In this document: piece after piece, positions 37,079 to 46,894 of the stretch
How positions within the stretch are numbered: the first letter of the stretch is position 1
How the letters are laid out: every line of letters begins with the position of its first letter
Translations under genes and position numbers: made by a program
The notes under the pieces: generated by a model
The model's database searches: none
Told to the model about the DNA's origin: nothing
The model's input: only the letters and a program-made list of their open reading frames with translations
NCBI GenBank assembly: GCA_965279375.1
Contig: OZ257156.1
Location: 4,768,001 to 4,832,000, forward strand
Origin: Gemmatimonas sp.
GTDB lineage: Bacteria; Gemmatimonadota; Gemmatimonadetes; Gemmatimonadales; Gemmatimonadaceae
Length of the DNA: 64,000 bases
Direction: 5' to 3'

Positions 37079-38218
37079 ATGGCGACGTATCTCGAACAGC
37101 TCGAGACGCCGGTGCCGGTGGTCGATCTCGACCGGCTTGCACTGAATCTGGACCGGATGGCCGCATACGCCACCCTGCACGGGCTGCGATTGCGGCCGCA
37201 TGTGAAGACGCACAAGTCGCCGCGCATCGCCGCCGAGCAGATGCGACTCGGTGCTGTGGGCCTCACCTGCGCGACGTTGCGTGAAGCGGAAGTGATGGCG
37301 GAGACCTGCGACGATCTGTTGCTCGCCTATCCGCCCGTGGGCGCGGCCCGTCTCGAGCGGATGGCGCGGCTGCCGCGCGACGTGCGCGTGACCGTGGCCG
37401 CCGACGATGGACAGGCGCTTCAGGCCCTCGCACTCGCCGCCAAGCTTGGTCGACGCGAGATCGACGTCATGATTGAAGCGGACCTCGGCATGCATCGCGT
37501 TGGCGTGTCGTCGCCGGCCAAGGCGGTGGCGCTGGCCAGGCAGGTGGCCGAAATGTCCGCGCTCAACTTCACCGGTCTGCTCTTCTATCCCGGGCACATC
37601 CGCGAGTCCGTGGACCAGCAGCACGCGTCGCTCACGCAGCTCAACGCAGATCTCTCCGCTTTCATTGGCGCGCTGACGGAGGCCGGGCTTCCGCCGCAGG
37701 TCGTCAGTGGCGGTTCCACGCCCGCGGCCTGGCGCATGCATGAGGTGCCCGGTGTGAATGAGGTACGCCCCGGCACCTACGTCTACAACGACCGCACCAC
37801 CGCCAACATCGGTGCGTGCGATTGGGACGATTGCGCGCTCACCGTGCTGGCCACCGTCGTCAGTGTCGCGGTGAAAGGCCAAGCCGTGATCGATGCCGGT
37901 ACGAAGGCGCTCGGTCGCGAACCGCTGCGCGCAGAAGGCGAGGGCTTTGGTGCGCTGCTCGACCATCCCGAGGTGGTCGTGTCGCGCATGTCGGAGGAGC
38001 ATGGCATTCTCGATCTGTCCAAGACCGATTGGCGGCCGCGGCTGGGCGATCAGGTCCGCGTCGTCCCCAATCACGTGTGCATCGTCGTGCACCTGTTCGA
38101 CGAGATCGTCGGTGTCCGCGGACACGCCGTGGAAACGCGCTGGCCGGTGGCGGCGCGCGGACGTGGACCCGCGTTCGACACAGCCCCCGAAGGCCCCTCG
38201 CGACCGCGCGCCGTTTAA
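37079..38218 (+). CDS. DSD1/D-threonine aldolase family PLP enzyme (fold type III)
   Basis: ETPVPVVD, RPHVKTHK, SGGSTP, EVRPGTYVYND, SEEHG, PNHVC. Confidence 0.9.
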   Translation: MATYLEQLETPVPVVDLDRLALNLDRMAAYATLHGLRLRPHVKTHKSPRIAAEQMRLGAVGLTCATLREAEVMAETCDDLLLAYPPVGAARLERMARLPRDVRVTVAADDGQALQALALAAKLGRREIDVMIEADLGMHRVGVSSPAKAVALARQVAEMSALNFTGLLFYPGHIRESVDQQHASLTQLNADLSAFIGALTEAGLPPQVVSGGSTPAAWRMHEVPGVNEVRPGTYVYNDRTTANIGACDWDDCALTVLATVVSVAVKGQAVIDAGTKALGREPLRAEGEGFGALLDHPEVVVSRMSEEHGILDLSKTDWRPRLGDQVRVVPNHVCIVVHLFDEIVGVRGHAVETRWPVAARGRGPAFDTAPEGPSRPRAV

Positions 38219-38290
38219 CCACGCGGCGCGCGGAACCTCCGGTTCGTCCCCGCATTTGCGCCGCGCAGCAGCGAGCGGTACGCTAGGCGC

Positions 38291-38878
38291 ATGAGCGCAC
38301 CTTCAGGGGAGATAACGGCCGCATTGGCGGACCTGCGGCAGCAGGTCCCTGGCGCGGCCGATCGATTGGCCAGACTGGTGGTGCACGACCTGCATCGCAT
38401 CGCCGAAATCGCCATGCGGCGCGAAGTCCCCGGCCACACGCTGCAGCCGACCGAACTGGTGAACGAGGCCTTTTTGCGTCTGCTCGGCAGCGAACCGATC
38501 GCCTTTGCCGACCGTGCGCACTTCTACGCCATCGCGGCGCAGACCTTCCGTCGTCTGCTCGTCGACCATGCGCGTCGGCGGCGCTCGGTCAAGCGAGATG
38601 CCGGCGTGCGCGTGCCTCTCGACGATCACGTCACGGTCGTCGACGGTCCCTCGCTGGACTTGATCGCGCTCGACGATGCTCTGCAGGGGTTGGAACGAGT
38701 CGCCCCGCGCCAAGCGCGCGTCGTCGAGCTGCGCTACTTCGGTGGACTCACCGTGGAGGAAACGGCCGAGGTGCTCATCGCGTCGCCCGCGACGATCAAG
38801 CGCGATTGGGCCTTCGCGCGCGCCATTCTGCTGCGAGCGCTGGAACCCACCTTCCCGTCGTCCACCGACACGGCATGA
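38291..38878 (+). CDS. ECF sigma factor, kinase-associated type
   Basis: HTLQPTELVNEAFLRL, DRAHFYAIAA, RVVELRYFGGLTVEETA, TIKRDW. Confidence 0.92.
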   Translation: MSAPSGEITAALADLRQQVPGAADRLARLVVHDLHRIAEIAMRREVPGHTLQPTELVNEAFLRLLGSEPIAFADRAHFYAIAAQTFRRLLVDHARRRRSVKRDAGVRVPLDDHVTVVDGPSLDLIALDDALQGLERVAPRQARVVELRYFGGLTVEETAEVLIASPATIKRDWAFARAILLRALEPTFPSSTDTA

Positions 38879-41400
38879 CGCCCTTCGAGTTCACGGCGGA
38901 GCAGGCCGCGCAGTTGGAGGCGCTCTTCGATGCGGCGCTTAACACCGACGCCAACGGGCGCGCCGCGCTGTTGGTGGAGACCGCCTCGCGTGATCCACTC
39001 CTGGCATCCGAGCTCTCTGAGCTGTTGGCCGCGCATGACAGCGGACGCTCGCTCGGGATCTCGCCCTTGGCCTCTGCGCTGCGCGAGATGCATCACGAAT
39101 CGATGCGTCTCGGACCTTGGGCCGTGGGCCGGCAGATCGGCGCTGGTGGCATGGGCACCGTGCATGAAGCGGTGCGCGCCGATGATCAGTACCAGCAGCG
39201 CGTGGCCATCAAGTTTCTGCGTCGTATCGCCGACGGCGACGTGGCTGCGCAGCGCTTTCGCAGGGAACGGCAGATGCTCGCGTCGCTGCAGCATCCGCGC
39301 ATCGCAGCACTGCTCGACGGTGGCGTCACGCCCGACGGGCAGCCGTACTTCGTCATGGAACACATCGACGGCGTGCCCATCACGACATGGTGCGCCACGC
39401 AGCGACTCTCCGTGCGTGAGCGGCTTCGGCTCTTTCACGACGTCTGCGATGCCGTGCGCGCGGCGCATCGCCAGCTGATCGTCCACCGCGACCTCAAGCC
39501 GGGCAACATTCTCGTCACTGCTGACGGCGCCGTGAAGCTGCTCGACTTCGGCATCGCGCGGCTGCTCAGCGACGGCGACGAGGGCGCGCAAACGCACACG
39601 GCAGTCGGCGCTCGTGCCTTCACCCCAGAGTACGCCGCGCCCGAACAGATCCGAGGGGAGCGCACCGCCACCGCGGCCGATGTCTACGCGCTCGGCGTGG
39701 TGCTCTTCGAACTGCTCACCGGTCGTCGACCGCTCGCCGTGAGCGGACTCTCGATGGACGCGATGGAGCGCATCGTGCGCGAGCAGGAAGCACCGCGCGC
39801 CAGCAGTCAGCTCACGCAAGCCCACGCCGAGTCGCTCGGATTGCGGTCCATCGAACGCGCTCGCCGAGAGATTGCCGGCGATCTCGACGCGATCATCGGC
39901 ATGGCGCTGCGCAAGGAACCCGACCGACGGTACTCGTCCGTGGACGCGTTCATGGACGACGTGCAGCGGCATCTGGCGGGAGCGCCGGTCAGCGCCCGCC
40001 CCGATGGCGTCGGCTATCGGCTGGGAAAATTCGTGCGGCGGCGACGCGTGGAAACGGCGGCGGCAGTCATTGCAGTCGTGTCGCTGGTGGGCGGAACCGC
40101 AGCCGCAGTGCAGCAGGCCACGCGTGCCACGCAGGAGGCCGAGCGCGCGACCGAGGTGCTGTCGTTCCTCACCGACATGCTTGGCGCGGCCAAGCCCGAC
40201 GCGCTCGGGCCGGATACGAAGATCCGGGAAGTCATGGACACCGCCGCGTTGCGCCTCGATGCAGCGGCGCCGTCGCCCGCACTTGAAGCGGAGTTGCGAC
40301 GCATCATTGGCGGCACTTATCTCGCGCTGGGAGAGTACGCCACCGCCGACTCGCAATTCCAGCGCAGTCTCGCTGCGATGCAGCGTGCGTCGCGTCCCGA
40401 CGATGCGCAGCGTGCGCGTGTGCTCCTCGACGCCGGCATCGCACGATTGGAGCTCGGTCGATTCGCCGAAGCGGACTCCGTATTGCACGACGTGTCCAGA
40501 CTGCACGCGTCGCTGCGCAACATCACGCCGCTCGAACGATCGACGCTGCTCGACACGCGCGCACAGGTGCTGAGCCGACTCGGTCGCAACGCTGAGGCGC
40601 TGCCGCTCTTCCGCGAATCCCTCGTGCTGCACCGACAGTACTTCCCCGACGATGCGGAAAGCGCAGTGCCCACGTATGTGTCGGCGGCCGTGGTGGCCAG
40701 CGATCTCGGCTTCCACGCAGCCGCCGATTCGTTGCTGCAGCAAGCGCTCGCGCTCGAAGCTCGGGATCCCACATCCAACGGTACGCGCCGTACCGGCATT
40801 CTCTCGGTGCGGGCGGGCACCCTCGAGCGACTGGGGCAGATGGACTCTGCCGAGGCCACGTACCGCGAAGTGGTGACGCTGCGAGAGAAGTTGCTGGGCC
40901 CCGGGCATCCAGCGCTCGCGATGACCATGATGAACCTCGGTGACCATTTGCGGCGACGCGGGCGCTACGCGGAATCGGCGCAGTTCACTCGGCGCGTCGT
41001 AGCGCTGCGTGGTGGCTCCCTCGACGAAACGCACCCGGCGCTCGCGGCGGCGATGATGCAACTCGGCCTGGCCCTCGGCAAACTCGACTCGGCCGCTGTG
41101 GGAGAACGCTGGGTCCGGGAAGCGCTGCGCTTACGCACGGCGTCGCTGCCTGATGGACACTGGCTGCTGGCGTCAACGCGCGGCGCACTGGGTGAGGTGC
41201 TCACCGGCGCGGGGCGATATCCCGAGGCGGAGGCGTTGCTGTTGCCCGCGGAGCGTCAGCTCAGCGCCGAGCTGTCGCACAACAACCAGCCTGTGCAGGA
41301 CGTGTGGGGCCGGCTGATCGCGCTGTACAGGGCGTGGAAGCGCCCGGCTGAGGTCGCCCGATGGCAGGAACGCGTCGCGCAAGCGCGAAAGGCGGGCTAG
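38875..41400 (+). CDS. Hanks-type Ser/Thr kinase with TM and TPR sensor domain
   Basis: IGAGGMGTV, VAIK, HRDLKPGN, DFG, TPEYAAPEQ; TM then TPRs (LGPGHP, DETHP). Confidence 0.94.
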   Translation: MTPFEFTAEQAAQLEALFDAALNTDANGRAALLVETASRDPLLASELSELLAAHDSGRSLGISPLASALREMHHESMRLGPWAVGRQIGAGGMGTVHEAVRADDQYQQRVAIKFLRRIADGDVAAQRFRRERQMLASLQHPRIAALLDGGVTPDGQPYFVMEHIDGVPITTWCATQRLSVRERLRLFHDVCDAVRAAHRQLIVHRDLKPGNILVTADGAVKLLDFGIARLLSDGDEGAQTHTAVGARAFTPEYAAPEQIRGERTATAADVYALGVVLFELLTGRRPLAVSGLSMDAMERIVREQEAPRASSQLTQAHAESLGLRSIERARREIAGDLDAIIGMALRKEPDRRYSSVDAFMDDVQRHLAGAPVSARPDGVGYRLGKFVRRRRVETAAAVIAVVSLVGGTAAAVQQATRATQEAERATEVLSFLTDMLGAAKPDALGPDTKIREVMDTAALRLDAAAPSPALEAELRRIIGGTYLALGEYATADSQFQRSLAAMQRASRPDDAQRARVLLDAGIARLELGRFAEADSVLHDVSRLHASLRNITPLERSTLLDTRAQVLSRLGRNAEALPLFRESLVLHRQYFPDDAESAVPTYVSAAVVASDLGFHAAADSLLQQALALEARDPTSNGTRRTGILSVRAGTLERLGQMDSAEATYREVVTLREKLLGPGHPALAMTMMNLGDHLRRRGRYAESAQFTRRVVALRGGSLDETHPALAAAMMQLGLALGKLDSAAVGERWVREALRLRTASLPDGHWLLASTRGALGEVLTGAGRYPEAEALLLPAERQLSAELSHNNQPVQDVWGRLIALYRAWKRPAEVARWQERVAQARKAG

Positions 41401-41530
41401 GAGAGGCAGGCTGAGCAGCACGTGCAAAGAGCGGAACGGTGGCGAGCTGGCAGGAGGATGAGCCGGTTTTCACCCATTCTTCGCGAATACCGGTAGCGAT
41501 CCCACTACAACGCTCACCGGACTCTCTGTC

Positions 41531-43456
41531 ATGCCTCGATTCCTCGTTCGCCTACGCTCGCTGGCGCTTGGCGCCGTGCTGCTCGCTCCCCTCGCTTGCG
41601 GCGGCGGAGGCGACTCAGTCACGACGCCCACGCCGCCGCCGCCCGCCCCCACCGTACAGTCCATCGACGTCACCCCGGCTTCCGCGACGCTCATCGCCGT
41701 GGGGGAGGTCGCCACCCTCTCCGCGACGGTTCGCCTCTCCAACGGCACGACGGGCACGCAGACGGTGAGCTGGAGTTCGTCCAATCCGGCCGTCGCCACG
41801 GTCAGCGGCTCCGGGGCCGTGACCGCCGTCTCCTCGGGCCAGACCAGCATCTCGGCCACGACGAGCGGCGTCACGGGCACCGCAAGCATCACCGTCGCGA
41901 TTCCGGTCGTCCAAACCGTCACGGTGACCCCGACGACTGCGACACTCACCGCGGTCGGGCAGACGACCACGCTGACCGCGGCGGTCAGGCTCTCCAACGG
42001 CGCTATCGGCACGCAGACTCCCACGTGGACGTCGTCGAATCCTGCAGTGGCCACCGTGTCCTCTGCCGGTCTCGTGACCGCGGTGGCGTCGGGGCAGACC
42101 ACCATCAGCGCTGCGGTCGGCACGATCTCCGGACAGGCGGCGATCACGGTCGCGATTCCCTTCGTTCAAACGATCACGCTGACGCCTACCACGGCCACGC
42201 TGACCTCGCTCGGCGCGACCACCGCGCTGCGCGCCGAGGTGCGACTGTCGAATGGAGCGGTCGGCACGCAGACGCCGACGTGGAGTTCGTCGAATCCCGC
42301 CGTAGCCACCGTCAACGGCGGCACCGTGACCGCCGTCGGGAACGGCACCGCCACGATCGCGGCGAATGTGGGTACGGTGAGCGGCCAGGCGACGATCACT
42401 GTCTCTCAGGTGGTCGCGTCTGTGCGGCTCCTGCCCACCGACACCGTGGTCAAGACTGCCGTGCAATTGCGCGCGGCGGCTCTCGACGCCCGCGGCAACG
42501 TGATCGCTAACGCGCCGCTGCAGTGGTCCACCGTGTCGCCGACCATCACCTCGGTGAGTGCGACGGGCGGACTGACACCGCTCTCCACCGGTATCGCTCG
42601 CGTGACCGTGTCCGCCGGAACCTTCAGTGCCACGTCCGTCGTGCGCACGGTGTGGAACGTGAGAGTGCTGAGCGATCTGTTTCCGCTGTACGAGTTCTCT
42701 GCCTCGGCCGGTCAGCGTCGGGCATTGTCGGACGTCAGCCAGAGCCATGCCGACGCACGCGCGGCCATCATGGGACAGGTGTGGAGCTATCTCGAGACGA
42801 TTCTGCCGACGAGCGGTTCCCCCAACACCGACATGTACTTCACCAGCTGGACGCAGCTTTGGACGGAAGTCAGTCCGTTCTGCGGAGGCGTGCTCATCGC
42901 CAACTCGGACATCTACCAGTCATGCACCACTCCGAACTGGACACACTGGATGGTGCCCGGACTCAGCCCGAACGACTTCATCATCATCACGCGCTTCCTG
43001 AGCCGGCAGTTCCTGCTCAGTTCCATGACGACGGTGGGCGCGTTCCCGTGGTTCCTGGCGGGCTACACGCAGTGGCTGTCAGGTGGTGCCTTCCAGGGAT
43101 CCGTGCTGGCCGGCGCTCCCTCGCGCGCGGCCATCAACGACTTCCGCACCGGCGACTCGCTCAGGACGCTCGCGCCGCTGGATACCCTCGTGCTTCTGCC
43201 TTCTGCACGCTTCAGCGTCGGCGTTGAACTGCGCACGCCCGTGGCGGTCCGAATGGCGCAGAGCGTGATGTTCGTCGACTATCTCAACCGTCAGTATCCC
43301 GCGCTGATTCCGCTGATTCTGTCGCGCATCCGCGCGAGACCCGGCTCGCAGTACACCAACACGCTGTTGCTGGAAGAGATCACGTCGCATACGGGGCGCT
43401 CCATCCAGCAGCTGGATTCAGCGTACCTCGTCCACGCGCGAACGCTTCGACCGTAG
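41531..43456 (+). CDS. Lipoprotein with four Big_2 Ig repeats and a degenerate peptidase-MA-like domain
   Basis: Lipobox LACGGG; repeats starting at 41654, 41909, 42164 and 42413 (WSSSNPAVATV). Confidence 0.85.
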   Translation: MPRFLVRLRSLALGAVLLAPLACGGGGDSVTTPTPPPPAPTVQSIDVTPASATLIAVGEVATLSATVRLSNGTTGTQTVSWSSSNPAVATVSGSGAVTAVSSGQTSISATTSGVTGTASITVAIPVVQTVTVTPTTATLTAVGQTTTLTAAVRLSNGAIGTQTPTWTSSNPAVATVSSAGLVTAVASGQTTISAAVGTISGQAAITVAIPFVQTITLTPTTATLTSLGATTALRAEVRLSNGAVGTQTPTWSSSNPAVATVNGGTVTAVGNGTATIAANVGTVSGQATITVSQVVASVRLLPTDTVVKTAVQLRAAALDARGNVIANAPLQWSTVSPTITSVSATGGLTPLSTGIARVTVSAGTFSATSVVRTVWNVRVLSDLFPLYEFSASAGQRRALSDVSQSHADARAAIMGQVWSYLETILPTSGSPNTDMYFTSWTQLWTEVSPFCGGVLIANSDIYQSCTTPNWTHWMVPGLSPNDFIIITRFLSRQFLLSSMTTVGAFPWFLAGYTQWLSGGAFQGSVLAGAPSRAAINDFRTGDSLRTLAPLDTLVLLPSARFSVGVELRTPVAVRMAQSVMFVDYLNRQYPALIPLILSRIRARPGSQYTNTLLLEEITSHTGRSIQQLDSAYLVHARTLRP

Positions 43457-43542
43457 CCGCGCTCGGCGTTCAGCGAACTACGTTCGCCGTCGTGACAGAA
43501 ATTCTGTCGCGGCGGCGAATGTGTGTTTTCGGGCGATGCGAT

Positions 43543-44013
43543 CTACGCGCGCGCGAGCGGTGCCGTCCGCGCCTTCGCCAGCTTGACGAGATCAGCCGGC
43601 GCGAGTGCCAGCTCGAGGCCACGGCGTCCTGCGCTCACATGCATGAGCGGCAGCGTGAGCGCGCTCGCATCGATCACCACGGGAAGCTGCTTTCGCTGCC
43701 CAATCGGGCTGATGCCGCCCACCACATAGCCTGTCGCCCGTTCCGCAGCCGCCGGCTCGGCCATCCGCGCGCGACGCGCCCCGACGGCATCGGCCAACGC
43801 CTTGAGATCGAGCATCGCCGACACCGGCACCACGGCGCAGACGAGGCCAACCCCGTCCACGTCGGCGACCAGCGTCTTGAACACCGACGCCGGGTCCAGC
43901 CCCAGCACATCGGCCGCCTCGCGACCGAACGACTCGGCGGACGGGTCGTGTGTGTACTCGAGCACCTCATGGACCACACCGGCTTTCCGGGCGAGAAGAA
44001 TCGCGGGCGTCAT
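43543..44013 (-). CDS. ybaK: Cys-tRNA(Pro) deacylase
   Basis: MTPAI, VFKTLV, TGYVVGGISPIGQ, VSAGRRGL. Confidence 0.93.
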   Translation of the reverse strand: MTPAILLARKAGVVHEVLEYTHDPSAESFGREAADVLGLDPASVFKTLVADVDGVGLVCAVVPVSAMLDLKALADAVGARRARMAEPAAAERATGYVVGGISPIGQRKQLPVVIDASALTLPLMHVSAGRRGLELALAPADLVKLAKARTAPLARA

Positions 44014-44054
44014 GCGGCTAACTTTAATCGCTCACGCCTCACGCGATCGCCGCC

Positions 44055-45356
44055 GTGCACACGCCCTCTCCGCCTTCGCTGAACGCCACACCGCCTCGTC
44101 GCATTCTGCTGGTGGACGCCGACGCCTTCTTTGTGGCCGTCGCCCGCCAGGAGGATCCCGAGGGCGCGGGCAAGGCCGCGTTGCTCATCGTCGGTGGGCG
44201 CCCCGGCTCGCGGGGGGTCGTCTGCAGCGCGTCCTACGAGTGTCGTGCCTATGGCGTCCGCTCGGCCATGTCGATCTCGCGTGCCCTGCAGCTCTGCCCC
44301 AAGGCGATGTGCGTACCGGTACCACGGCACGCCTGCGGTCGGCGCAGCAAGGAGATTCAGCAGGTGCTCGCCCGCTTCACTCCCGTGCTGCAGGCCTCGA
44401 GCATCGACGAGTGGTACCTCGACATGGGGGGGACCGATGCGCTCTACGGTCATGAGTCGTTGACCGCGACGGCACATCGCATCCGCACGGCCGTGTTCGA
44501 GGCCACCGGTCTCAATGTGTCCATCGGCGGCGGCACGAGCCGCCTGGTGGCTAAGATGGCCGTGGAGCGCGGCAAGCCCAAGCCGGGATCTGGCGCCGAT
44601 GGGGTCTGTTGTGTGCCTCCGGGGGCCGAGGAGGCCTTTCTGGCGGGCTTTCGCCTCGCGGACCTCCCAATGGTCGGACCCAAACTCAGCGCGCGCCTGG
44701 AGGGGCACGGGCTGGTGACGATCGCGGACGCGCAGGCATGGAGCCGCGAGCGACTGGTGCAGACGGTGGGCGAACACACGGGGGAGTCGTTGTGGCGACG
44801 GGTACGCGGCATCGACGAGAGCGTCGTGTCTCAGCGCGACCACCAGAAGCAGGTGAGTCGGGAAGAGACGTTCGCGCGCGACCTTCACGACGATGACGTG
44901 GTGGAACGGGAGCTGTTGCGACTGGCGGTTCGCGTGGCCACGGATTTGCGCCGACAGGCGCTGCAGGCCCGGACGATCACGGTCAAGCTGCGGGACAGCG
45001 ACTTCCGCACGCGGTCAGCCCAGCGCACGCTGGCGCAGCCGATCGAGAGCGAGCAGTCGGTCGCCCGGGCAGCGCGCACGCTGCTGCGGGCCCTGCGCAA
45101 GCGCCGGCGGGTGGGCGTGCGGTTGCTGGGAATCGGGCTGTCGCACTTCGAGGATGACGTCGTGGTTCCGCCGCAGCTCGGCCTCTTCCCCGCTCCGCCG
45201 CCGGTACCCAATCCCGACGAGCCGGTGGAGGGAGACCGGGACCGCGCCTTGACCCGGGCACTGGATCGGATCCGGAACCGTTATGGACAGGGCGCAATCG
45301 TCCCCGCTCGGCTGGTGGATCCGTCAAACGATCCGGGGCCACGGGTCGAGGAGTAG
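44055..45356 (+). CDS. dinB: DNA polymerase IV
   Basis: VDADAFFVAV, SYECRAYGVRSAM, SIDEWYLD, KP, EETFARD, VRLLGI. Confidence 0.93.
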   Translation: MHTPSPPSLNATPPRRILLVDADAFFVAVARQEDPEGAGKAALLIVGGRPGSRGVVCSASYECRAYGVRSAMSISRALQLCPKAMCVPVPRHACGRRSKEIQQVLARFTPVLQASSIDEWYLDMGGTDALYGHESLTATAHRIRTAVFEATGLNVSIGGGTSRLVAKMAVERGKPKPGSGADGVCCVPPGAEEAFLAGFRLADLPMVGPKLSARLEGHGLVTIADAQAWSRERLVQTVGEHTGESLWRRVRGIDESVVSQRDHQKQVSREETFARDLHDDDVVERELLRLAVRVATDLRRQALQARTITVKLRDSDFRTRSAQRTLAQPIESEQSVARAARTLLRALRKRRRVGVRLLGIGLSHFEDDVVVPPQLGLFPAPPPVPNPDEPVEGDRDRALTRALDRIRNRYGQGAIVPARLVDPSNDPGPRVEE

Positions 45357-45470
45357 TCCGCCGCTTCCGAGTCGTCCGCAGGTCGCTTACCTTGCGTCCG
45401 GTCGAGTCCATCAGGGCTCAGTCTCCTTCTCGCCGGCATTTGCCGGTCGCGCTTTCGACGGGGTTTCCTC

Positions 45471-45701
45471 ATGAGCAGTGCTGCGTACGATCCGAACAAG
45501 CAGGGCTGGGGCTTCGCCAGCGTCGTCGTCATCATGACGCTCGGCTTGCTCTACACCGCCTATTCGATCCACTCGAGCACCTACATTCACCCGCGCGATC
45601 CCATGGCCGTGCAGGTCTATCATGAGCGCGACGCCAAGGGTGGCGAGAGCCATGAAGCGCCCAAGGGTGAAGCCGCCGCCGCACCCAAGGCCGAGCACTA
45701 A
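45471..45701 (+). CDS. Small single-TM protein of unknown function
   Basis: 76 aa, strong GC3 codon bias, own terminator. Confidence 0.75.
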   Translation: MSSAAYDPNKQGWGFASVVVIMTLGLLYTAYSIHSSTYIHPRDPMAVQVYHERDAKGGESHEAPKGEAAAAPKAEH

Positions 45702-45719
45702 GCCCAGTACCGTTCCGCC

Positions 45720-45759
45720 AAACGCCGCGTGGCCCCGAGCCGCGCGGCGTTTTTGTTTG
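45720..45759 (+). terminator. Rho-independent terminator
   Basis: AAACGCCGCGTGGC-CCCGA-GCCGCGCGGCGTTT followed by TTGTTT. Confidence 0.85.
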
Positions 45760-45771
45760 CCTGGTCAAATC

Positions 45772-45786
45772 ATAGATATTATCTAT
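45772..45786. promoter_or_regulatory. LysR-type operator (T-N11-A) upstream of sbtA
   Basis: Palindrome ATAGAT-ATT-ATCTAT in an AT-rich island; LysR gene ends the operon. Confidence 0.72.
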
Positions 45787-45889
45787 TGTTTTTCTCACTA
45801 CATTCAATTTGTGGATGGCACGGAAGTCGCTCAGCTTGCGGATCGAATGGCGCGTGCACACGGCGCGCGCAGATCACGCCGAGCCACGG

Positions 45890-46879
45890 ATGACCATGCT
45901 CTCAACGCTGCAGGCCAACCTGCTCTCCCCGATTCCGCTCGCGTTCGCGCTCGGCGTGATCGCGCGATCGATCAAGAGCGAGTTCTCGCTCCCGAAGGAT
46001 CTCTATGCATCGCTGTCGATCTACCTGTTGTTTGCGCTCGGGCTCAAGGGCGGCGCCGAGCTCGCGCATGCAACCTTCGACAGCATCGCACGGCCCGCTG
46101 CGGCGACGCTTTTGCTCGGCTGCATCACGCCGATTTCGGCCTTCCTGATCCTGCGCTCGGTCGGACGCTTCAGCAGCGCGGACTCGGCGGGCATCGCGGC
46201 ACATTACGGCTCGGTGAGCGCGGTGACGTTCATTGCGGCGCAGCAGTTCGTGCAGCGCGTGGGCGCTCCCCTCGAATCTTTCATGCCCACGCTGCTCACG
46301 CTGCTGGAGAGTCCCGGCATTCACATCGCGCTGGCGATCGGTGCCATTCAGCGCAACCGTGCGTTAGGTCGGAGTGGCGGTGCCGAAACCAGTTCCATCT
46401 GGCAGGTGCTGCACGAAGTGCTGACCGGTCGCACGATGGTGCTGCTCGTGGGTGGCCTGCTGGTGGGCTACCTGATGGGCGAGAGCGGTTGGAAAGCCGT
46501 CAGTCCGTTCTTCGACAGCGGGTTCAAGGGTGCGCTGATGCTCTTCCTGCTGGAGATGGGCATCGTGGCCGGCTCCCGCCTTGGCGACCTGCGCAAGGTC
46601 GGACCGTTTCTGATGGGCTTCGGCATCGCCGTTCCGCTGATGCACGGCGCACTGGGCGTGGTGCTGGGACACTGGGCCGGACTCTCCGTGGGTGGCTGCA
46701 CGGTGCTGGCCGCGATGGCCGCGAGTGCCAGCTACATCGCCGCACCGCCTGCCGTGCGACTCACGCTGCCCGAGGCGAATCCCACGTACTCGTTGACGGC
46801 GGCACTCGCCATCACCTTCCCGTTCAACATTCTGGCGGGAATTCCGATCTACTATCGCATCGCTCAGGCGCTCGCCTGA
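45890..46879 (+). CDS. sbtA: Sodium-dependent bicarbonate transporter (SbtA/DUF897 family)
   Basis: SIYLLFALGLKGG, YGSVSAVTF, LESP, FLLEMGIVAG, SASYIAAP, TFPFNI. Confidence 0.92.
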   Translation: MTMLSTLQANLLSPIPLAFALGVIARSIKSEFSLPKDLYASLSIYLLFALGLKGGAELAHATFDSIARPAAATLLLGCITPISAFLILRSVGRFSSADSAGIAAHYGSVSAVTFIAAQQFVQRVGAPLESFMPTLLTLLESPGIHIALAIGAIQRNRALGRSGGAETSSIWQVLHEVLTGRTMVLLVGGLLVGYLMGESGWKAVSPFFDSGFKGALMLFLLEMGIVAGSRLGDLRKVGPFLMGFGIAVPLMHGALGVVLGHWAGLSVGGCTVLAAMAASASYIAAPPAVRLTLPEANPTYSLTAALAITFPFNILAGIPIYYRIAQALA

Positions 46880-46894
46880 CGGGAGACAACGCAC

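Noticed and set aside
41654..42660. 255-bp periodic repeats as a CRISPR or DNA-level repeat element
   Set aside because: They are in-frame Ig-domain repeats with synonymous divergence; no spacers or cas genes
44055..45356. dinB as part of an imuABC mutagenesis cassette or mobile element
   Set aside because: Catalytic motifs are intact as in ordinary Pol IV; no imuA, dnaE2, integrase or recognisable SOS box nearby
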